Shown: positions 1 through 7,297 of the stretch, piece by piece | How the letters are laid out: the number at the start of each line of letters is the position of its first letter | Numbering within the stretch: the stretch's first letter is position 1 | NCBI RefSeq assembly: GCF_019464535.1 | Contig: NZ_CP080507.1 | Coordinates: forward strand, 1,680,001 to 1,712,000 | Origin: Horticoccus luteus | GTDB taxonomy: Bacteria > Verrucomicrobiota > Verrucomicrobiia > Opitutales > Opitutaceae | Reading direction: 5' to 3' | Length of the DNA: 32,000 bases | Notes under the pieces: generated by a model | Databases searched by the model: none | What the model was told of the DNA's origin: nothing | What the model saw: only the letters and a program-made list of their open reading frames with translations | Made by a program: the position numbers and the translations under genes

Positions 1-228
1 ACGAGAGGCCGGGCGAGGCGCATCGGTTTCCAATTCCAGCAGTCGCTGGTGAAGGCGGCTCAGCGGATCGGTGCGCGGCAGGAAATCGAAAGAGCGCAGA
101 GGAATCCGGCAATGGTCGAACGCCACGAGGCGTCGGGTGAGCGGGAGTGATCGAGGCGGACGCATGGTGAGGGCGGCGGGAGCGAGCGAGCCGGGAGCGA
201 AAAGGGAAACCATGCCGGAGAGGGCCAT
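1..228 (-). CDS. hypothetical protein, N-terminal part only (gene continues past the left window edge)
   Basis: The minus-strand frame is open from ATG 228-226 (in-frame alternatives at 213 and 165) down to base 1. It starts 18 nt after the TGA (249-247) of the upstream glycosyltransferase on the same strand. It is missing from the ORF track only because it has no stop inside the window. Hand translation: MALSGMVSLFAPGSLAPAALTMRPPRSLPLTRRLVAFDHCRIPLRSFDFLP... No family recognised. Confidence 0.3.
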   Translation of the reverse strand, partial: MALSGMVSLFAPGSLAPAALTMRPPRSLPLTRRLVAFDHCRIPLRSFDFLPRTDPLSRLHQRLLELETDAPRPASR

Positions 229-246
229 GCGAAGAGTTGCGCCGTT

Positions 247-1398
247 TCAGGCCGCGGAGGCGGGCGCGTGGACCGGATCGCCGAGCGCGGCGAGAAACGC
301 GTCGACAACATGCGGCAAGCGCGGGGCAGGGGCGTGACGATGATCAAGCCACGTGGAGAATTCGGAGGGCGCGAAACCCTTCAGCGGGCGGAGCAACGGA
401 CTCCAACTGGCGGTCGATGCAGCGTCGCCGCGCAGCCGCCATTCGTCGCGGGGCACGAGCACAGGCAAACCATGCTCGAGCATGGCGACCGTTGAGCCGC
501 TCTTTTCGACGAGCGCCCACGGGTGAGAGGAAAGACCGAAGTCGGCGGATTGCAGGATTTGAGAAATTCGCGTGGGGCTGGCGGCACCGAGCGTGAGCAC
601 CGGAATATCGCGAAACTCTGCGCGCACGGGTGCGAGGATGGCGTCCTGCTGCGGTCCACCGTGGCCGAGGGTTACCAGGCTGATCGAGCGATGAGTGTCG
701 GCGGCCGCGGCGCGGAGGAAAGAGAACGTTTCGCGGGCGCGCCACTGCGCGTGGAGCGTGCCGAACATGACGCCAATCGTCCGCGGGGCTGGCGAAAGGC
801 GGGGGGCGAGCTCGGCAAGCGGCGAGGGTGCCGCGGGCGGCGCGATGGGGATGTTGCCGAACAGCGGAAGCACTTGCGCGGGCCACTGGCAGCGCCGGAG
901 AACGCGTTGATACGTTTCGTTGGAGGTGTGGACGCGCTGGGGAGCGAGGCGGCGCAAAAAGGCGAGCAGGCGGTGGCGCTGCCACGCACCGACGAGTCGA
1001 GTGCGAACGCTTTCGCCGGCAGGGAGTCCGAGCCAGAGTTCGTGCAACATGGCGTGCGTCTGCCAACCACCGGAGAGCGCAGCCAGAGGCGCGGCGGCGG
1101 CGGGCATGAGGCCCTTCGGATCGAACCCGTAGGCGACAATTTGCCAGCTCACCCAATCGGGAGCGAAGTCGCGGAGGGCGGAGGCGAGAGCGGCGATGCG
1201 GTTGGGCCACGGCTCGGTGCTGGCGAACCGCACGCAACCGTCGTCGTCTTCAATCGAAGTCGCGAGATGGCGGTCGTTGATCGCGAAGAGCCGGCACTCG
1301 TGTCCGCGTTCCGCGCAGGCGGCGGCGAGTTGGCGAGTGTAGTCGCCGACGCCGTCGCGGCCGGGTTGAAGCGAAGTGCAGATGAAGGCGATTCTCAT
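247..1398 (-). CDS. glycosyltransferase, GT-B fold (GT4/GT1-like)
   Basis: 383-aa ORF with ATG at 1398-1396. The N-terminus MRIAFICTSLQPGRDGVGDY and the C-terminal segment LVEKSGSTVAMLEHGLPVLVP resemble the sugar-donor binding region of GT-B glycosyltransferases. It lies in the polysaccharide operon, 6 nt downstream of the preceding gene. Confidence 0.7.
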   Translation of the reverse strand: MRIAFICTSLQPGRDGVGDYTRQLAAACAERGHECRLFAINDRHLATSIEDDDGCVRFASTEPWPNRIAALASALRDFAPDWVSWQIVAYGFDPKGLMPAAAAPLAALSGGWQTHAMLHELWLGLPAGESVRTRLVGAWQRHRLLAFLRRLAPQRVHTSNETYQRVLRRCQWPAQVLPLFGNIPIAPPAAPSPLAELAPRLSPAPRTIGVMFGTLHAQWRARETFSFLRAAAADTHRSISLVTLGHGGPQQDAILAPVRAEFRDIPVLTLGAASPTRISQILQSADFGLSSHPWALVEKSGSTVAMLEHGLPVLVPRDEWRLRGDAASTASWSPLLRPLKGFAPSEFSTWLDHRHAPAPRLPHVVDAFLAALGDPVHAPASAA

Positions 1399-1404
1399 GA
1401 CGCG

Positions 1405-2343
1405 TCAGGCCTCGGGCCGGTGGTAGAACCGGGAGAGAAAGGCAGCGAGGCGGATGCAGGTTTGTTGTTGCCGCGCCCGGCGGTGCGTAAAAACGGGGAG
1501 CGGACCTTCCACATAGCGCCAGAACCAGCGGTCCGGACGAGTGGGGGGGCGACCGCGGAAGAAGTCGCGGAGGTAATGGCGGCGCCACGGCTTGGGTTTG
1601 TCGACGGCGTGGCTCATGATGGGCCGACCGGCGCTGGGCACAAAGTCCATGCCGTTGGGGCCATAGACCGCCACGGGATGTGGCGTCACCATGGCGGCGA
1701 GATTGAGCGTATCCTGATTGGCACTCCAGAAGCGGTGCGTGCGATCGAGCGAGCGCCACCCGGCCAAGCTGCCGCTCTCGGGCTCCACGGCGCGAATCAG
1801 ATCGCACCAGGTGCGGAGGAAACTCGCATGGGCGCGTTGCACGCCGAGAAAGCCGCTGTTGCAGAAGCGCGAGAGGTCGCGCGTGACGGTCAGGTGGTTG
1901 TCGTGAGCGAATTGTTTCCAGGCGTGGCGCAGCGGGTGGTCGACACCGACGTGGTAGTGGTTGTCCTCGGTCAGCGCCACGCCGTAGCCGACCCACTCGA
2001 CGTAATACGACCAGCGGGTGGGAACGACGATGTCGGGGTCAAAATAGAAAACGGCATCGGCGCTGGGATCGAGTTCCTCGAGCACGCGCAGCATGAACCA
2101 CGGCTTGTAATGCGCGAAGTGCAGCGGCGACTCGACCGGCACGAGGCGGAGCTCGGCGTCGGGCGCCAGCGTGATGACGAGTGCATCGCCATCGCGCCGA
2201 CCCTGCTGCGCCCACGTGGGCGCGGGGCCGCGATAGCCGGCCCAGATGACGCCGGTGAAGCCGTTTTGCACGAGCGAATTGGCCAACGCGGCGGTGCCGA
2301 GATGGTAATCGTTCTCAAACAATGTGCTGACTGCGCAACGCAT
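1405..2343 (-). CDS. GT8-like (GT-A fold, DxD) glycosyltransferase, paralogue 1
   Basis: 312 aa. The motifs FYFDPDIVV (DxD), CNSGFLGV, NQDTLNLAAM and MSHAVDKPKPW line up with the classical GT8 motifs YLDxD / FNSGV / DQDxLN / HxxGxxKPW. It is clearly paralogous to the next gene: STLFENDYHLGTAALANSL versus AVFTLFEGNYHLGAAALFNSL. Confidence 0.65.
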   Translation of the reverse strand: MRCAVSTLFENDYHLGTAALANSLVQNGFTGVIWAGYRGPAPTWAQQGRRDGDALVITLAPDAELRLVPVESPLHFAHYKPWFMLRVLEELDPSADAVFYFDPDIVVPTRWSYYVEWVGYGVALTEDNHYHVGVDHPLRHAWKQFAHDNHLTVTRDLSRFCNSGFLGVQRAHASFLRTWCDLIRAVEPESGSLAGWRSLDRTHRFWSANQDTLNLAAMVTPHPVAVYGPNGMDFVPSAGRPIMSHAVDKPKPWRRHYLRDFFRGRPPTRPDRWFWRYVEGPLPVFTHRRARQQQTCIRLAAFLSRFYHRPEA

Positions 2344-2346
2344 CGT

Positions 2347-3588
2347 TCAGGTGCGACGATACAGCCGGCCCAGCGCGGAGGCGAGGGCGAGCCGGCGGCG
2401 TTGACGGCGGAGGATCGAGGGCGCGAAGGCGTGGATGGGGCCGACGCCAGCGGCCTGCCAGAAGAGTTTGTCGGCGTTCGCGGGGGCGATGCCGCTCGCG
2501 GCGCGTTGCAAGTAGGAACGCGCCCAAGGTTTGGGGCGGCCCATGGCGTGCGACATGAGCGTGCCGCCCGCGGTAAAATCCATCTCGGCATTGCCCACGG
2601 TGGAGACCGGGACGTCGGTGCACATCACCGCCATGTTAAGCGTGTCCTGGTCGGGGAAGCGGATGAACGGCGGTGCATCGTTGCGTTGGGAAAAGGCGCC
2701 GAGGGCGGCGGCGCCGCGGGATTCGGCATGGCGGAGGAGGTCGGCCCACGCATCGAAAAAGGGGAGGTGTTCGCGGCGAGCGCCGACAAACCCGCCGTTG
2801 TAATAGTGCGCCACCGGGCGGCGCACCTGGTAGCCGGCGCCGGCGGCAAAGTCGGCCCACGCGCACCGGGTCGGATGATCGGGGGGCATCGTGCTGTTGA
2901 CGTCCTGCACGAGAGCGACGCCGTGCTGCACCCAGGCTTCGAAGTAGGTCCAACTGCGCTTCACGACGATATCGGGATCGAAGTAGAACAGCGCGGGGAT
3001 GTTGGCGCACTCGTTGGCCCAGAGCCGCTGAAAGATGAGCGGCTTAACGTTGGTCAGATGATGTTCCGACTGGAGGGGAATGATGTGGACTGAGAATCCG
3101 TCGGCGGTTTCGAAACCGTGGGAGCCATCCGCGCGGCGCGTCGTCCACTGCGGGGCGTCGCCTCGCACGCCGGCGTAACACGGTCCGCGAAAACCCGCGG
3201 CATAAAGGGAATTAAACAGGGCGGCCGCGCCGAGATGATAGTTGCCTTCGAAGAGTGTGAAAACAGCCGAGGTCGCGCGCGAGGCGGAGGCCGACACCGA
3301 AGTCGACGGCTGCGGCAAAGGGGCATCCGCGGAGGTTGAACTCGCGGCTCGGCGGGAAGGGAAGGTGGTTGAAGTGGAGGACACGATGGAGAGGAACGCG
3401 AAGCGCAGGAAAAGGTTTACGTTGAATCCCGTCGGAGAGCCGGGGAGTCGGAACGCCGCGCGCCGAGGCAAAGCGACGCCCTCGCTTGGCGGGCGACGTG
3501 TGCAACGCAGGACGATGCTGCGGGCTGAGTTGGCGGGAGGCGCTGGAACATAGGGTGTGCGCGCCGGCAACGGCTGCACCCCATGCAC
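2347..3588 (-). CDS. GT8-like glycosyltransferase, paralogue 2 (start uncertain)
   Basis: Contains LFYFDPDIVV, YNGGFVGA, DQDTLNMAVM and MSHAMGRPKPW. Homology to paralogue 1 begins only at about residue 105. An in-frame GTG at 3297-3295 (VSASASRATSAVFTLFEG) would give a 316-aa protein the same size as paralogue 1. The only ATG is at 3588. It adds a roughly 97-aa extension with one hydrophobic stretch (NLFLRFAFLSIV) and an S/T/A/P-rich linker. Confidence 0.6.
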   Translation of the reverse strand: MHGVQPLPARTPYVPAPPANSARSIVLRCTRRPPSEGVALPRRAAFRLPGSPTGFNVNLFLRFAFLSIVSSTSTTFPSRRAASSTSADAPLPQPSTSVSASASRATSAVFTLFEGNYHLGAAALFNSLYAAGFRGPCYAGVRGDAPQWTTRRADGSHGFETADGFSVHIIPLQSEHHLTNVKPLIFQRLWANECANIPALFYFDPDIVVKRSWTYFEAWVQHGVALVQDVNSTMPPDHPTRCAWADFAAGAGYQVRRPVAHYYNGGFVGARREHLPFFDAWADLLRHAESRGAAALGAFSQRNDAPPFIRFPDQDTLNMAVMCTDVPVSTVGNAEMDFTAGGTLMSHAMGRPKPWARSYLQRAASGIAPANADKLFWQAAGVGPIHAFAPSILRRQRRRLALASALGRLYRRT

Positions 3589-3651
3589 GGACTCACGCGC
3601 GAGAGGTTTGTTCGCGCTGGGGTGAAGGGTTTTAGACCACTTCGATGACCG

Positions 3652-4938
3652 TTAAGCGAAGGCTTCGACGCCGGTGCGCACATCCCACGGAAGGATGGGC
3701 GCCACGCAGCCGGGGCGACGTTCGATCCAGCACGGAGATTCGCTCAGGCCGCCGCGAATTTCGAAGTGAATGTTGGGACTGCGGCCGCCGGGCTCGCAGA
3801 TCCAGGCGCGGCGATAGAGGCGCAACAAGAGGTCGAGCCGGTATTCGCCCTCGTTGACGAAACGCGCCGGGATCGTGGAGGTGAGGCGGCACGGGCCGCG
3901 CTCGAGTTGGACCCATTCGGCTTCTGGCTGATCGAGATTGGTGCTCCAATAGAGCACGTCGCCATCGCCGTTGTAGAGTGCGTAGCCGATCTGGAGACTG
4001 GGGTCGGATTTGAGGACCTCGCCTTCGATCACCACGGTGACGGGTTCATCGTTGCGCGCGGGGTGCGTGAGGAGGGCGCCACGGCTGTCGGTGACGTAGA
4101 CGCGATGGAGTTGAAACCAATCGTTGTGCCAGGATTTGCCGGAGTTGGTCCACATCGGCTCGCGCCGCTGGGATTGGTCGGCGATGTAGTTGCGCACGAT
4201 CTCGCGGACGTTTTTGCCTTGGGCGACGAGCTGACCGCCGCGCAACCACACACAGGACGAGCAGATCGTCTCGATGGCGTTCATGTTGTGACTGACGAAG
4301 AGAACGGTGCGGTTGCTGTGGCGGGAGATGTCCTGCACCTTGCCGAGGCACTTGCGTTGGAACGCCACGTCGCCGACGGAAAGCACTTCGTCGATGATCA
4401 GAATTTCAGGTTCGAGGTGCGCGGCGACGGCGAACGCGAGCCGCACATACATGCCGCTCGAGTAACGTTTGACGGGCGTGTCGATGAACTTCCCGATTTC
4501 GGAGAACTCGACGATTTCGTCGAACTTTCGATGGATCTCGGCCTTCGTCATGCCGAGGACGGCGCCGTTGAGGAAAATGTTTTCGCGTCCGCTGAGCTCG
4601 GGGTGGAAGCCGGTGCCGACCTCCAGCAGGCTGGCCACGCGGCCGCGGAGATGGATCTCGCCGCTGGAGGGTTCGGTGATGCGACTGAGAAGTTTGAGCA
4701 TAGTGCTCTTACCGGCGCCATTGCGACCGATGAGGCCGACGACTTCGCCGTGAGCGACATCGAAACTGACATCGCGGAGTGCCCAGAAATCGGTGGGTTT
4801 GGTGCCGTTGCGCGCGCTGCGACGACGCTCCCACCAGCGTTGAATTTCGTCCCGAAAGGACGTCATTCCGATTTTACCGAGCTGGTAACGCTTGGAAACG
4901 TGGTTGACGGAGATGATGGGTTCCGGAAGGGCGGACAT
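3652..4938 (-). CDS. wzt: polysaccharide/O-antigen ABC exporter ATP-binding protein with a C-terminal Wzt_C-like carbohydrate-binding domain
   Basis: 428 aa. It has Walker A GRNGAGKST, signature YSSGMYVRL, Walker B ILIIDEVLSVGD and H-loop VSHN. The N-terminal pattern VSKRYQLGK...FWALRDVSF is typical of Wzt/TagH. About 180 extra C-terminal residues (WFQLHRVYVTD...YRLDLLL...) look like a beta-sandwich. It starts 4 nt after the wzm stop. Confidence 0.9.
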   Translation of the reverse strand: MSALPEPIISVNHVSKRYQLGKIGMTSFRDEIQRWWERRRSARNGTKPTDFWALRDVSFDVAHGEVVGLIGRNGAGKSTMLKLLSRITEPSSGEIHLRGRVASLLEVGTGFHPELSGRENIFLNGAVLGMTKAEIHRKFDEIVEFSEIGKFIDTPVKRYSSGMYVRLAFAVAAHLEPEILIIDEVLSVGDVAFQRKCLGKVQDISRHSNRTVLFVSHNMNAIETICSSCVWLRGGQLVAQGKNVREIVRNYIADQSQRREPMWTNSGKSWHNDWFQLHRVYVTDSRGALLTHPARNDEPVTVVIEGEVLKSDPSLQIGYALYNGDGDVLYWSTNLDQPEAEWVQLERGPCRLTSTIPARFVNEGEYRLDLLLRLYRRAWICEPGGRSPNIHFEIRGGLSESPCWIERRPGCVAPILPWDVRTGVEAFA

Positions 4939-4942
4939 GGCG

Positions 4943-5806
4943 TCAGATAATGTCGATGAAGGTGCGGGCGGTGCGCTGGAAGAGCAGCACGCCCGTGAGG
5001 AAAATAATAAGGGTCGTGGCGACCGAGAGGAGGTAGGATCCGGTGGGCATCGGCGCGGTGTGGAGAAACACGCTGCGAATCAATTCGACGATCGGCGCCA
5101 TGGGATTGATTTGCGCCATCCACGCGAGTTTCGCGGGGATGCGGCTGGAGGGATAGATGATCGGCGTCACATACATCCAGATGTTGACGACGAAAGAAAT
5201 GAGATGCTGGAAGTCGCGATATTTCGCCGTCAGCGAGGCGAGGGTTAAGCCGACGCCGAGGGCGAGCAGAGCGATGTGCAGGAGGCAGAGTGGCATCACC
5301 GCGACGGCGGCCAAGACGTCGGCGCCCGTGGTTACGAAGTGGCCGGTCCAGACGTTGACGCCCAGCACGACGAGAAACGTGCCCAGTTGAATGCCGAACG
5401 AGATGGCGTTCGACATGGAGAGTGCGAATGGCACCACGAGACGCGGGAAGTAAACCTTGCCGAAGATATTGGCGTTGGCGATGAACGTCGTGGCCGTGGT
5501 GGAGATCAGGTTTGAGAAGTAGGACCACGCGAGCAGGCCGGAGAGATAGAACAGCGCCGGAGAGACCCCGCCGGTGGACACGCCGATGACCTTGTTGAAA
5601 ACGACCATGTAAACGACGGTCGTGATCAAAGGCTGCACGATGAACCACGAAGGTCCGAGGATCGTCTGCTTGTAGCGCGACATAAAATCGCGGCGCACGA
5701 GAAGGAACAGCAAGTCGCGATATTCGACGATGCCGCGCCAATCCAAGCGAAACCACGATTGGTTGGGACGGACGACGATGTGGTAAGGGTGGGAGGTTGA
5801 ACTCAT
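4943..5806 (-). CDS. wzm: ABC-2 type polysaccharide exporter permease
   Basis: I trimmed the 373-aa track ORF to the ATG at 5806-5804, giving MSSTSHPYHIVVRPNQSWFRLDWRGIVEYRDLLFLLVRRDFMSRYKQTILGPSWFIVQPL. That is the canonical Wzm/ABC-2 N-terminal motif, and about 6 hydrophobic helices follow. The ATG overlaps the upstream gene's TGA (ATGA, 5806-5803). The discarded upstream 86 codons are R/C/G-rich. Confidence 0.85.
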   Translation of the reverse strand: MSSTSHPYHIVVRPNQSWFRLDWRGIVEYRDLLFLLVRRDFMSRYKQTILGPSWFIVQPLITTVVYMVVFNKVIGVSTGGVSPALFYLSGLLAWSYFSNLISTTATTFIANANIFGKVYFPRLVVPFALSMSNAISFGIQLGTFLVVLGVNVWTGHFVTTGADVLAAVAVMPLCLLHIALLALGVGLTLASLTAKYRDFQHLISFVVNIWMYVTPIIYPSSRIPAKLAWMAQINPMAPIVELIRSVFLHTAPMPTGSYLLSVATTLIIFLTGVLLFQRTARTFIDII

Positions 5807-7275
5807 GGACAAGTAGAGATAGGAAGGCGGTCCGCAGGGCCGGCCGCAGACCATGCGAGAGCAATGAGCACCACCGCATTCAGTTGGATCGCTGGAACCT
5901 GCAGCGGGAAATCGACCACAGATTGCGCCAAGAGTGCCAGAAGTGCCGCAATCGCACCCGCGCCAAACAGATCGTGCGCGGGATAAGGCAGCAGCCGGAC
6001 AGCGGCGTGGGCGATGCCGCCGAAGACGAGAAACGCCCATCCCGCAGCACCGACCAAGCCCCATTCGACCACGGTCTGGAGGTAGTCGTTATGCGTGAAC
6101 TGCAGATAGAGAAAAAACGTGCGAATAAACGGATCCTGCGATTCTGCGGCAGCGGCGGCGGTCCACCCACCGGGTCCCCAGCCGAGCCACGGGCGTGCCT
6201 CCATGGCGCGCCATGCCGTCGCGTAAGCGGCACCGCGATCGCCGAGGACGTAGTTGGCGTGTTGCGAGGGCACGAATAGATCGCCGCGCATCAATCGCGG
6301 CCAATCTGCGGCGGGTGCAGAAGGCGTGGCGGCCCCGCGGCCGAGCAGATGAGTTAACTGAAGTTGGGACCATCGGTCTTGGATGGTCCGAACTTTGCCC
6401 GCGCCGAACAGTGCCACGGAGCCAGCGATGGCCACCACCGCCGCGATGAACGCAACGCGCACGCCATGCGAAGGTGGCAGCAAATTCCATGGCCGCAGCC
6501 ACGCGATGAGCGCGATGAGCACCAGCACGGCGATGACCTGAGGAAACCGGGAAATATGGCCCGCGTGCGCCACGAGAAGCAGGACGGTCGCGATGCCGCC
6601 CAGTGCACCGATCCACCGGGTTTTGGAGGTGCCATCACGAAATCCGCTGAGCGCGAGCACGGCGGCCAACGGCCAAACGGAATTCAAATATGCGCCCGCG
6701 CTGGTGTGGTGATAGAACGGGCCGAAAAACATGCCGGGAAACCGGGGACCCTGTTCCCAGTAAATACCGTGGGCATGCGTGGCGTTTTGGAGCAAACCCA
6801 CCGTCGCGGCGACGACTCCGGTGCCAACCATGGCGACGACGAATGCGAGCCGCCACTTCGGGGCGCGGGCGAGATCCCACGTGGCGAGGAGTGCGCCGAG
6901 GGCGGAGATGGCCCACAAGATCAGTGAGGCCGGATCGCGGGGCACCATGCTGCGGGGCCAACGCGCGAACACCCGGGCGAGGTGGTGGGTCGTGAATTCC
7001 GGTAGCGGGGCCGGCGGTTGCAGGGACCAAAAGCACGCCACTCCAACGCAGGTGCAGACCGCGGCCCAGACCCACTTCGAGGGCGGAAAAATGGATTGGC
7101 TGGCAACGCGCGCAGCGATCCACAAGGCGCCGGCCAGCGCGCAAAGACCGATGAGGAGATGGAACCCCTCGGGCCGGGTCGAAGCGAAGTTTAGCGGGCC
7201 GACGATGAGGGCGACGAGCAGGACGACACCGGTGGCCGTGCGCAACACGCCGACGGTGACGGAGCTGGATAACAC
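5803..7275 (-). CDS. O-antigen ligase / Wzy_C-family polytopic membrane protein (ligase or polymerase)
   Basis: 490 aa with a GTG start at 7275. It has at least 10 hydrophobic segments. The motif THNDYLQTVVEWGLVGAAGWAFLVFGG matches the H-N-x-Y-L...E-x-G-x-x-G signature of the O-antigen ligase (Wzy_C) family. Confidence 0.75.
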   Translation of the reverse strand: MLSSSVTVGVLRTATGVVLLVALIVGPLNFASTRPEGFHLLIGLCALAGALWIAARVASQSIFPPSKWVWAAVCTCVGVACFWSLQPPAPLPEFTTHHLARVFARWPRSMVPRDPASLILWAISALGALLATWDLARAPKWRLAFVVAMVGTGVVAATVGLLQNATHAHGIYWEQGPRFPGMFFGPFYHHTSAGAYLNSVWPLAAVLALSGFRDGTSKTRWIGALGGIATVLLLVAHAGHISRFPQVIAVLVLIALIAWLRPWNLLPPSHGVRVAFIAAVVAIAGSVALFGAGKVRTIQDRWSQLQLTHLLGRGAATPSAPAADWPRLMRGDLFVPSQHANYVLGDRGAAYATAWRAMEARPWLGWGPGGWTAAAAAESQDPFIRTFFLYLQFTHNDYLQTVVEWGLVGAAGWAFLVFGGIAHAAVRLLPYPAHDLFGAGAIAALLALLAQSVVDFPLQVPAIQLNAVVLIALAWSAAGPADRLPISTCP

Positions 7276-7297
7276 GGCGGCAAGAGAGAGGACGCGC

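Noticed and set aside
247-249. The in-frame TGA between the GT-B gene and the downstream ORF, considered as a possible selenocysteine or programmed read-through site.
   Set aside because: I saw no SECIS-like hairpin immediately downstream. The downstream ORF has its own ATGs, and the upstream protein already ends after a complete GT-B C-terminal region. Ordinary gene juxtaposition is simpler. The phase coincidence is reported separately at low interest.
523-3093. An 856-aa plus-strand ORF spanning three minus-strand glycosyltransferase genes and their junctions.
   Set aside because: It is the codon-aligned antisense frame of all three genes. Plus-strand triplets starting at positions equal to 1 mod 3 coincide with the codons of 247-1398, 1405-2343 and 2347-3588. 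Antisense stops therefore need sense TTA/CTA/TCA codons, which are rare in GC-rich genes. The peptide is R/G/A/E-rich with no motif, while the minus-strand products have clear family motifs.
5807-6064. An N-terminal 86-codon extension of the wzm ORF (track ORF 4943-6064), and the 338-aa ORF at 4863-5879.
   Set aside because: The extension is R/C/G-rich and lies fully inside the upstream Wzy_C-family gene. The conserved ABC-2 N-terminal motif begins right after the ATG at 5806, which forms an ATGA overlap with the upstream stop.
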